Translations under genes and position numbers: made by a program
Assembly: GCF_902652985.1 (NCBI RefSeq)
Contig: NC_047020.1
Coordinates: forward strand, 16,058,001-16,122,000
Origin: Pecten maximus
Taxonomy: Eukaryota
Direction: 5' to 3'
DNA length: 64,000 nt
Notes under the pieces: model-generated
Database searches by the model: none
The model's input: the letters and a program-made list of their open reading frames with translations, nothing else
Told to the model about the DNA's origin: nothing
In this document: piece by piece, positions 13,201-23,249 of the stretch
Position numbering within the stretch: position 1 is the first letter of the stretch
Layout: the number at the start of each line of letters is the position of its first letter

Positions 13201-15910
13201 GCATAGACACACAGAATCGTGCCGATTGTTTATCGCTCTGTCGACTATTTCGTTACCAGGACGTCTTGTTTATTTTCCCCTTGGGTATTGTTGCTGTTAC
13301 ACTTGACGAGTTATGTATCAATAACACTGAACTTTGAAATAACGGAAACGTTGAAAATCTTCACCAGACACTATTCATACCAAAATAGCCCTAAGCTGAG
13401 GAAGATTTGGATATGATACTATTGAAAACATTTTTATCCTATTTACCGCAACCAGTTTCAATCACTGCTGTTTTCTTTGCCCATGGCTAGTTATTATAAG
13501 GTCGTGCCGATAGGCTGACGGCCTATCTCCGATGTCCCCATATTAATCACAACTTGGACTGTTGTTGGTATTTATTGAAACTTTCTTTTCACTAACTGGC
13601 CTCATTAGGCAGGCAAAGACTTGAGAGTAAGCAAAAAGACGAGCGAGATATGCTGTTTGCTTTCAAAGTTTTCCCTTATAAGGAGTTTTTCGTTAAAACT
13701 TAGATTAGCAATAGCCTAAAGGAGCATAATAACATATACTTATTGACAAAGTTATCTTGATAAAATATTTAGAAAACGTTAGTAACATCCAACAAAAAAA
13801 TGACTGAGGCGAACACCCCCGCGCCACACACTTCACACATGGGTCTCGATTATTTCAGTTGTTAGTAACCCATTCATACTTTATCATTTTAAATCATTGA
13901 CTCTGCACATCGTCAGCATTGCCTGGTCTGATATTATAAACATTTGTTGTGACAATGTTGTAATGACCTTCATCATGTGTAATTATAGTCTATCTAAAAT
14001 GGTAATGCTTTGCCATGTCGACTCTGCAGTGACCCTTATCACAGGTAACTAACCAGGTAAGGATACAGCGGGTATGACGAGGAGGAAGCATTTCAGCCAA
14101 TAGAAACCCAGTCAGGTTAGTATCTTAAATGTTTTTAAAAAAAATTAATTATTGATAGGTTACTTACCTAAAACTCACTTACCAATAGATTAACCATATG
14201 GTATCTAAAGAACTTAAGATATCCAATTTAGCGTTACTGGGAGTAAAATAATTCAGGACGTGCAAAAATAAAAGATGTCAGGTTTGTGAACTAGTTTAAT
14301 ATATAGATATGACATGGGCTCTTCACAAAAGATTACACAATATCTTAATGTCAGTTAAGATTGGAATTATTTTAGATACAATAGAAATACACCCGTCGCC
14401 TTCACCTAATGCGGTCTACTTTACACACGTGTGCAGAATGCAATTCTTATACAATGTATAAACGTTAAGATCCATCATATCATAACAGTATCTACTGAAG
14501 TTAGATAAGTATTCTATATTTCAAGTATATATGTATATAAATGAAAATTGGTGATTAAGTCATTGTCGAATTACAATAAAATATTTTTTGCATTTTTTGT
14601 CTGTATACGAATCTATTTCAGTATATTTAGTTAAATAAATGTCTGTATTTTATCAACATATGCAGCTGAAGACTATCTGGTATCGAAGGTTTTCCCACTA
14701 TCTAACAGTCTCAGACCTTGATCGCCTGTTTATTGATTTTTCCTACACAGCTGGTCGGTGCTGCTACACTGTCGGAACCGTATTGATACTCCGCTGGACA
14801 GTATTGTCCACAGACTTTAAAATCCGGAAGGAGATGTCTTCCCCGCTTCATTACAATGTACGTCTCAGATGTAATCATAAGCTTGAAAAAAAAACTGTTT
14901 GTCTTGCAGATCGAAATACTTCCCGTGATGTACTTATAAAGATATTATAATAGAATGAGCTGTAATTCCTCTTGACCAACAAGATGTTTTAATCATGCAT
15001 TATCTAAACGTTTTTATATTTAGGCTTTAAGACGATTGTTAAGTTGACGATGCTTTGTAAATCCTTTAAAAAAACCTAATGTCTGGTATCAAATTAGCAC
15101 TTTCTTAAGGCGGTGGTAGAGCCATTGTCCCTGTGGTCAATTAGGAGATACCTCATACGAAACTCCAGAGGAGTGACAGCGCGCTTTTTCTCCCTCTCAA
15201 CTTCACACTACCTATCTCGAATTCCGTTCTGTATCCCTACAAATTGTCTACGTGTTGTCCGTGCCTGATCGAGTGTAACCCTGGTCAAGTGTAAGGAAAC
15301 CCATTAGTTCTATGCCGTTGTTGTCATCAAGTATCATTTAACCCTAAAACGTATTGTAAAATTTAAAGGTCTTTGTAGCTAATGTAAAAACAGTTTACCC
15401 TATTTATAACAAGTTTCTTTGCATTGAAACGATTTTTTCACAATTCATAAAAAACGAAACAAAACCAGGGAAGGGCTTGGTCCGATTGTCATCGGCTGTT
15501 CTCCCATCGCATTCTTCCGCCTGCTCCACTAGCATACTTTTACACAATCAAAATAACATTATCTGATTGGTTACTTATGAGACCAATAAAATAAACAAAA
15601 AAAATGTAAACAATTATCAATTCACAGAGAAAATGTGTGATCGAATGATTTCTGGATTGTCTGATAACAACGAACAGGTTACACAGTAATGATCCATAGC
15701 GGCCAGACCCTTTGTTTCTCTAATCGATGTATTTTTTTGATAAACCATAATGAGATAAGAAATCTGTACTGTCTGAAAAAAATGTCCTTTTTTCGTGAGA
15801 TACTTTGCGTTGACCTTGAGATATGAGATATCGGAAGTTGAAACAGAAATTCATACACTAGCTCTGAAATATATTTTGCAAAGACAATTGCATAAATAAT
15901 TCATATTTAA

Positions 15911-15946
15911 GCCACCGCCGAGTCCCAGAAGGACGAAACAGCTGTA
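15911..15946 (+). ncRNA. Solo degenerate hammerhead of the same family in ovo intron 1 (antisense to ovo)
   Basis: CCGCCGA-GTCC-CAGAA-GGAC-GAAA-CAGCTGTA. Core mutated from CTGACGA and the helix I 3' strand is lost. Confidence 0.75.
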
Positions 15947-16569
15947 AGATAAACATTTTACATTTTTTGGCACCTGATTTATCCGTTATAATCAGGAATT
16001 AAAGTGGTTTTTTTTCTTTTTTATTTGTGTGTCATGTTTTTAAACAACTTATTATGCGATATCGAATTTCGTTCAATTTTCAATTAATAGTATCAGGCAA
16101 ATCTCACATTTCAATTTGATGTGATTTATATATCATATACGAATACGAATTTAAAAGAAATAAACTGAAATTATATATTTTTTCCCAATACGATTAATCT
16201 TCCAATTTAAATGCATTTACTCTTAACAACAGACACCGCTTTAATATTTATCCTTCTTAATATAGCAGGCATGAAATTCATTTATTTTATATTTTCTTTG
16301 ATATAATACTTATTCAAATATATAAACAATTTTAGTTTCTTTGATTTTAATTATATGATAATTTGTCATCATCATTAACTAACAACTCTGGGTAAAGTTT
16401 AACAGTAGCGCCTTTTAAGTAATTAATGATTTAATTGTTTTTTAATTTCCGAACTTTATCAAATAAATAACTAAAACCTTCCTCAAACTTCATGACAGTT
16501 TGCGCCATACATTAACTAAAAATATCAATATATTTCCATGGAAAATAAATAAGAAAACAGGAAACTTAC

Positions 16570-16831
16570 CCTGCATATGTTCCCGTTTGAGTTCTGCCCC
16601 TTCGACGACTGGAGGAGTGGATGCTGTACAATCTATTGCGTCATGCCTTGTTTCGGCTGCAGTGGCTGCGGATTCCACGATATGGCGCGGTTGGTGTGCT
16701 GCCTCACTGGGTTTCAGGCCAAGGTTCTCTATATGTTCCTCCTGTTGCGCTTGCAGCTCTTCCTTCTCCTTTTGTTCCAGTTGCTGCTGCTGCTTCTTGA
16801 GGTACTTTCGAACAAGGAAAGACTTCGGCAT
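16570..16831 (-). CDS. ovo: ovo/Ovol-like zinc-finger transcription factor, coding exon 1 (SNAG motif, Q/E-rich stretch)
   Basis: Starts MPKSFLVRK (SNAG consensus MPRxFLVK), A at -3. Donor CAG G|GTAAGT at 16570/16569, phase 1, joins exon 2 in frame (G+AT=Asp). Confidence 0.9.
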
Positions 16832-17074
16832 ATTGCCACGTTAAATGTTAAATCTCCGATGCAAATGTCACTTCCTCCGAAGATAAATCACATCATTTCC
16901 TTTTGTTGTTGTTAAAAAACGTTTTTTCCTATAGATAAAACTATAAAACAAGCTAGTAATATTTGTAAATAAAAGTTAAAAGTATATTCCCCTTCAGAAG
17001 AGATGATGTTACCCGATGTCTTGTGTTGACAGATATGACCAGCCACCCGGTATACTAGCTGCTAAGTAGTGGAG

Positions 17075-17290
17075 CGATGAGGCCAGTACTCGTCCTTATG
17101 ACTGATTTATAACACTGTACAAATAGAATGAGTGAGGGCTGCTTTAAAACTGTTTCTAGTTGAGGAAAGAGCTTGGTAACGGTATGGTTGTCACCTTGTA
17201 TGGGGCGCTAGTGTATGGGGACCAGTAGCGCGTGACGTCGGATCGTAGATTCATTGAGAAAAACTTGTTATCAATGCGTGCGCATCTACC
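17075..17290 (-). promoter_or_regulatory. Probable ovo core promoter
   Basis: TATAAAT at 17111-17105 overlapping Inr-like TCAGTC (17105-17100), Ovo/Myb-type TAACGGT at 17177-17183, CRE-like TGACGTCG at 17233 and local CpG enrichment, about 270 bp upstream of the ATG. No transcript evidence. Confidence 0.45.
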
Positions 17291-18190
17291 TGACAAAATT
17301 ATTTACTGACGAATGATGCGGACCTCGGGTACATGCCTAGTCAGCTTAAAAGTCTTCTAATCAAACAAAACTGTAATAATTTAGGCTATCAAAATTCAAA
17401 ATACATATTCTCGAAGGTTATTTTAAGACACTTGAATATATTCTTTACCGAAAGTGGTGTTTTATTAACGTGTAAAACTTCTGTGGTCCACCGGATAGGT
17501 TAGAAAGTTCACCTACGGCACATGAGTGAAACGGGGATAACGTACCCTAGTGGGATGTTCTGTTAAAGGGGTGAAATTTAATGTAAGACACCAACCTCAT
17601 CCTTCAACAGGTTTAAAGAGGTGGACTGGAATGTGAGAGGACTGTTTAGCTGAGAAGGGACGTATGATATTCAGGTTTTTGGAATTTTAAAAAAGCATAC
17701 GCATATTTGTTGTGTTTGTAACAACTAGAGAGGTGTTAAATATGCAAATTAACGTAGGTAAAATTACACCTGATATCACCTGTGTTTACATGATGTACTT
17801 ATATATTTTCACAAAGTTAAGCTTCAATATTTACCCGTTACTTTACCAAAGGACATTAATGGTTTTTTTTTTAAATTATCATCTCTCCCACAATATCAAT
17901 ATATATCTTCATATATCATTCAAATTTTCAGCTTCCATAGCAAGATCGTAGCTGTATAAAGCATCTTATTTGGATAGTTTTTAACGGTCGTGTTATAAGT
18001 ATAACTCTTAGTTTTTATAGATACGGAGTAAAGAAGAAATCCGTTTTCCCCGATTATCCGAATTTTCAATCAGGCCAACCTGACCATGTTTCCATATTTA
18101 CTTAAGTATTGTGCGATCAACTACCTGGCAGAACGATTACCGGGTCATTTGTATTCTCTGACATGTATTTGGTCCAGATTAATTGTGCTT

Positions 18191-18671
18191 TACTGACGAG
18201 TCCTAGAAGGACCAAACAACTGTATGGTGTCCCTAACGTCACTGACGAGGCCTAGAAGGACGAAACAACTGCATGGTGTCCCTAACGTCACTGACGAATC
18301 TAGGACGAAACAACTGTATGGTGACCCTAACGTCACTGTCGAATCTAGAAGGACGAAATAGCTGTATGATGTCCCTAATATCACTGACGAGTCCTAGAAG
18401 GATGAAACAGCTGCATGGTGTCCCTAACATCATTAACGAGTCCTAGAAGAAGGACGAAACAGCTGTATGGTGTCCCTTACATCACTGCCGAGTCCTAGAA
18501 GGACGAAACAGCTGTATGGTGTCCCTAACATCACTGACGAGTCCTAGAAGGACGAAACAGCTGTATGGTGTCCATAACGTCACTAACGAGTCCTAGAAGG
18601 ACGGAACAGCTGTATGGTGCCCCTAACGCCACTGACGAGTCATAGAAGGACGAAAAAACTGTATGGTGCGT
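18191..18671 (+). ncRNA. Tandem array of 10 minimal hammerhead ribozyme motifs (49-nt unit)
   Basis: Unit ACATCA-CTGACGA-GTCC-TAGAA-GGAC-GAAA-CAGCTGTA-TGGTGT-CCCTA contains the CUGANGA/GAAA/NUH core, a 4-bp helix II, a 6-bp helix I (UGGUGU/ACAUCA) and a palindromic helix III (ACAGCUGU). Cores at 18193, 18242, 18291, 18336, 18384, 18433, 18485, 18534, 18583, 18632. The unit with core 18534 is fully canonical. Confidence 0.88.
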
Positions 18672-19607
18672 GGTGCCGTTTAATTCATTTTGGCCTTACT
18701 GTCTCGAAATCTCTTTTTTTGAAAGGTGCTGACATCTGTATGTCTTTTGTACAATAATTCAATTGATAATGATATTCACTGCGGAGTTTGTTTTTAATTA
18801 TTATGTTTTATTATTATTATTATGACAGAATTGTTGTTTCGTTTATCATTATACACGTATGGATTCTAAGTAGATGTTTCAGGTGACAAGATATGTATCC
18901 GGTGATGTAAGCATATTGTTGATATTCCCTACCGGTGATTACCAAGTAATTGAGATACTTCCTTTGAAATTCACAGCGTTAAATTCGTCATACATACCTA
19001 TATATACAAACCTCCAGTTGATAGACTACCTACGCGTAGACAGCGCATAACACACCACATGTTTTCATTATCCAAACGATTGGAGATCAATAATAGTATA
19101 GGTAGTTTAAATAAGGCAATTTACAAATGGCTGAGTATCTGTCCTTTAATCTCTGTGATACTCTAGATCATTAAATGTCTTCATTCATGTCTTTTCGTAT
19201 GACACATATTGGAAGCAATTTGAACCATAATTTGTCTTAATTACCAAACTGTGAAATATATTTATTGGGTAATATTTAAATCCACAATCAATATCCGATA
19301 CATATACAATAATCTATTTGAGGTTTTAAAAAGCTCAGAAAAAATATCAATAATATTCACGCTACCTAACAGTACCAAGTAACACAGAGACTACGCCGTG
19401 ATGGCTGTGATCGGTTATCAGTAGGTCATATGATTTTCGTATTGTATCTTGTAAGCGTGCATGAGATGCTCACAAAGTAATTTAATGTTTCTTGACGTCA
19501 ATTTCTTTTCCTTCAGTTTTCTTCACTTGGGGTATGTGTTACTTTTAAATAATGAAAATGTGGGTTTTTTTTATTGGTAACTAAAAATTTCTTTAGTTTT
19601 GTTTCCA

Positions 19608-20227
19608 TGTCCTCCCGACAGAAACAAAGGTCATAAGTCCTCCCGACAGTTACAAACAAATGTCATAAGTCCTCCCGACAGCTTCAAAGGTCATATGTCT
19701 TCCCAACAGCTACAAAGGTCATAAGTCTTCGCGACAGTAAGAAAGGTCATAAGTGCTCCCGACAGAAACAAAGGTCATATATTTTCCCGACAGCTACAAA
19801 GGTCATAAGTCCTCCCGACAGCTACAAAGGTCATAAGTCCTCCCGACAGCTACAAAGGTCATATATTTTCCCGACAGCTACAAAGGTCATAAGTCCTCCC
19901 GACAGCTACAAAGGTCATAAGTCCTCCCGACAGCTACAAAGGTCATAAGTCCTCCCGACAGCTACAAAGGTCATATGTTTACCCGACATCTATAAAGGTC
20001 ATAAGTCCTCCCGACAGCTACAAAGGTCATATATTTTCCCGACAGCTACAAAGGTCATAAGTCCTCCCGACAGCTACAAAGGTCATATGTTTACCCGACA
20101 TCTATAAAGGTCATAAGTCCTCCCGACAGCTACAAAGGTCATATATTTTCCCGACAGCTACAAAGGTCATAAGTCCTCCCGACAGCTACAAAGGTCATAT
20201 GTTTACCCGACAGCTATAAAGGTCGTA
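19608..20227. repeat. 28-bp minisatellite (~22 copies)
   Basis: Unit AAAGGTCATAAGTCCTCCCGACAGCTAC. Highly decayed relatives near 20930-21140. Confidence 0.95.
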
Positions 20228-21164
20228 AAATAAAGATATTTAGAATGCCTGGCACATGTCAATATAATGTGACCGCGTGTGATGTCTTGTTACAGTATGC
20301 ACATTAAGACATTTCAATGTGGTGAAACTTTGAATCATTAATATGATCGTATCTGTGTGTAGGACACAAATGTCGTTAGATATGGTTCATAAACCTACCT
20401 GATATTTTGAAGAGGTTACTTAGTAAATAAAATTATGATGGGCATGTACGCCAATCAGAATTTATCATGATTTAGCAAATTGTTTTTGTTACATCAGAAG
20501 TGAAATTGATCGGATATGTATTTTGATTGATCTACTTAAAACGTTTCTTCTCTCAAAACGTTTCTTTTTTTCATATCTTTACATTTAAGTCAGAAATCAA
20601 TGTCCGATACATGTCAATCTATTTTAGTTTTAGAAACAAAAAAACAAAAACAAAAACAAAAACAAAAAATCTCGACACAATAACATTACATCACGCTACA
20701 TAACAATACCGTTCAACAGACACTAGGCCGTGATTACTACGGCCAGTTATCAATACAGAATAGTGCACATCCATTTTGGATTCAAATGAATTCATCAGAT
20801 GTTACAACATGCGGGCATAGCACTTTAATTTTCTTTACGCCATTTTCATTTCCTTCATGTTTTGGGGGTGTTTGATTAGGAAAATGTAGTTATGTTATTA
20901 AAAACTAAACATTAAAATTGCTTTGTTTCAAAGTCCTGCTAACAGCTACAACGATCGTGAGTTTTGCCAATAAGGTAATACATGTACGTCCTGAAATTAG
21001 CTACAAATATAAAAAAAAAATGTCTTAAGCCCTTCCAGTGTCTACGAAGACTATAAGTCTTCCTAGATCTAGAAAGGCTATAAGCTCTTCAAATATCTAC
21101 AAAAGTCAGGCGCCCTTTCAGTATTTACAAATGTTACAATTCTCTCAACAATGTATTGACTAAT

Positions 21165-21280
21165 GGAGACTTGTTAAAATCAGTATCAATATGTAGAAAC
21201 TTAAACTCGATAAATGGCGACTTGTTAAAATCAGTAATAATATGTAGAAACTTTAACTCGATAAATGGCGACTTGTTACA
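21165..21280. repeat. 51-bp direct repeat (~2.3 copies)
   Basis: GACTTGTTAAAATCAGT...AATATGTAGAAACTT.AACTCGATAAATGGC at 21168, 21219 and partially 21270. Confidence 0.85.
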
Positions 21281-21349
21281 TTAATGTATAATCAGTAGTG
21301 TGGAATAGTTTCCTGAGCGGAAAATCGAGGTTTTTTTTAAATAGGGAGA

Positions 21350-21730
21350 ATCGTTTTAAAATAGCACCTAAATTTAATGAATTAAACTTCTGGAGCAAGC
21401 AGTATCCCAATAGGACTGCAGCCATGATTTGTACTAAGAATGGTACAGGAAGACTTTTATATACAGGCTTAGTTAAACAACCACTCGGGTCAGCAGTAAA
21501 AGGTTGTTTATAAGGATTCCTAGGATATCCAATATAAATGGGGTTTATCTATCTCACTATCTGGAATTTTGAAAGATTGCTAGACTGAAGCATTATTAGT
21601 CAGTAATTCGTCTTTACTAAAACAGGCCTTGTGAAGGTAGGGTTACAAACAAGCCAAACAGTAAACATAATACTTTTTACAGACGAGTTTCAAAGTATTA
21701 GATGTCTTCTCAGGCATAATCTGCGATCTT
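21350..21730 (-). mobile_element. Decayed Penelope-like element, N-terminal RT region
   Basis: Frameshifted and stopped peptides VCKKYYVYCL, NPTF, FSKDELLTNNASV*QSFKI, PHLYWI, NPY, FTADPSGCLTKP, LQSYWDTACSRS occur in the order of the recalled PLE consensus (FVCKxYY..GNPTY..SKDEIL..LYWIPKLHKNPY..CSTKPLS..YCxTAYSRSG). Confidence 0.72.
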
Positions 21731-22224
21731 GAAATGCATATTCCATTTAATGGAATAAATCATTACATAGATATATATCTGTATTATACAGCATGTCATG
21801 ATACTAAAAATGCGGTTGCTACGGTGCATCGTACAATAGGTAAACAAACGAATTGTAAACAAACAATAACGGTAATAACAAGCACCTGTTAGGGACGAAT
21901 ATGTATAATATTGTAATAACGGTTACAATTACATATCCATATATGTTAGATGAAAGATACTGCTATTATAGCGGTGTTTATATTTAAATACTAACGTATT
22001 ATAAAATGCTCTATTGGATTCGATATATTATGTTTGGTCGTGTCCTATTAGCATATATATTTACTGCACGAGACGCTTAAATTTGTGATTTTGGAGGCGT
22101 AAACACATCTTAATGAAACAGTGAGAGATGAATAATAATAAATATATTAAGTCTCTTTACTCCAGTCACTACTAGCCTGGTTGCACAATATCCCAATTCC
22201 GTTAATCAGGCCGCAATTAATACC

Positions 22225-22612
22225 GAGTGCAATCACTGCTTATACTCTAGTCACCACTGATATCAGGTACAACTGCCATGCCTTGCTACTATAGCCGCCT
22301 CTTATATGAAGTACAACTACCCTGCCTTGTTACTATAGCCACCACTTATATGAAGTACAACTACCATGCCTTGTTACTATAGCCACTGCTTATAAGAAAT
22401 ACAACGCCCATGCCTTACTACTATAGTCACCGCTTATATGAAGTACAACTACCATGTCTTGTTACTATAGCCACCACTTATATGAAGTACAACTACCATG
22501 CCTTGTTACTATAGCCACCGCTTATATGAAGTACAACTACCATGCCTTGTTACTATAGCCGCCACTTATATGAAGTACAACTACCATACCTTGTTACTAT
22601 AGCCACCGTTAT
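22225..22612. repeat. 44-bp minisatellite (~9 copies; 2 further decayed copies at 23147-23246)
   Basis: Unit GTACAACTACCATGCCTTGTTACTATAGCCACCACTTATATGAA. Confidence 0.93.
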
Positions 22613-23146
22613 TATTTACTGATATTTAATGATAAATTTCTGGTACAGGATATAGTTCTTCCTCTATACCAGACTCGGTACATGGTAATTGTTATAATAA
22701 TTTGTGAATATAACGACACTACAGTTCATAAACTGGCCTTGAAATTGTAGAATAAATCAATGTTTTTCCATTGTTTATTCAGTTCATTTTTGAAATAATT
22801 AAAACTATTAGCACACAGTACACTTTCTGGTAGGCCATTCCACAATTTACAGTTCGTAGTAAAAAACTATTTTTCCTCTGCATACGTGACTACTTTTGAG
22901 GGTGTATTTTCGATGAATTTCCTCTGTTTCCAGACCGATTTGAAACATTTCCACATAACTTCAAAAATCAGGTTACCGCGCGATCGTATTTTCCATGATT
23001 TATTTTATATAGTTCGATCATATCTCCTCGCTGTCTTCTGAATGATAATGTTGGTAAACTCAGGCACTTCCCTCTTTCTGGATATGGCTGATGTTTTACT
23101 TCGGCAACCAGTTTTGTTGCCCTTCTCTGAACACCTTCGATTTTTG
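22613..23146 (-). mobile_element. 5'-truncated CR1-clade LINE (ORF2 C-terminus plus 3'UTR)
   Basis: IEGVQRRATKLV...YPER...LPTLSFRRQRGDMIELYKI and LWNGLPESVLCANSFNYFKNELNKQW. 3' hairpin TCTGGTA...TACCAGA (22639-22673) and a short ATCA(T/G)TAAAT repeat tail. Confidence 0.88.
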
Positions 23147-23249
23147 ATTATGAAGCTCGACTACCCCGTGTTGTTACTTCAACCACCGCTATTATGACGT
23201 TCAACCACACTGCCTTGTTACTATCATAGCCACCAGTGATATGAAGGAG

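Noticed and set aside
16500-16915. Plus-strand Cys/Leu-rich ORFs
   Set aside because: Antisense shadows of ovo exon 1.
18191-18671. CRISPR-like appearance of regular repeats
   Set aside because: No unique spacers, eukaryotic context and no cas genes.
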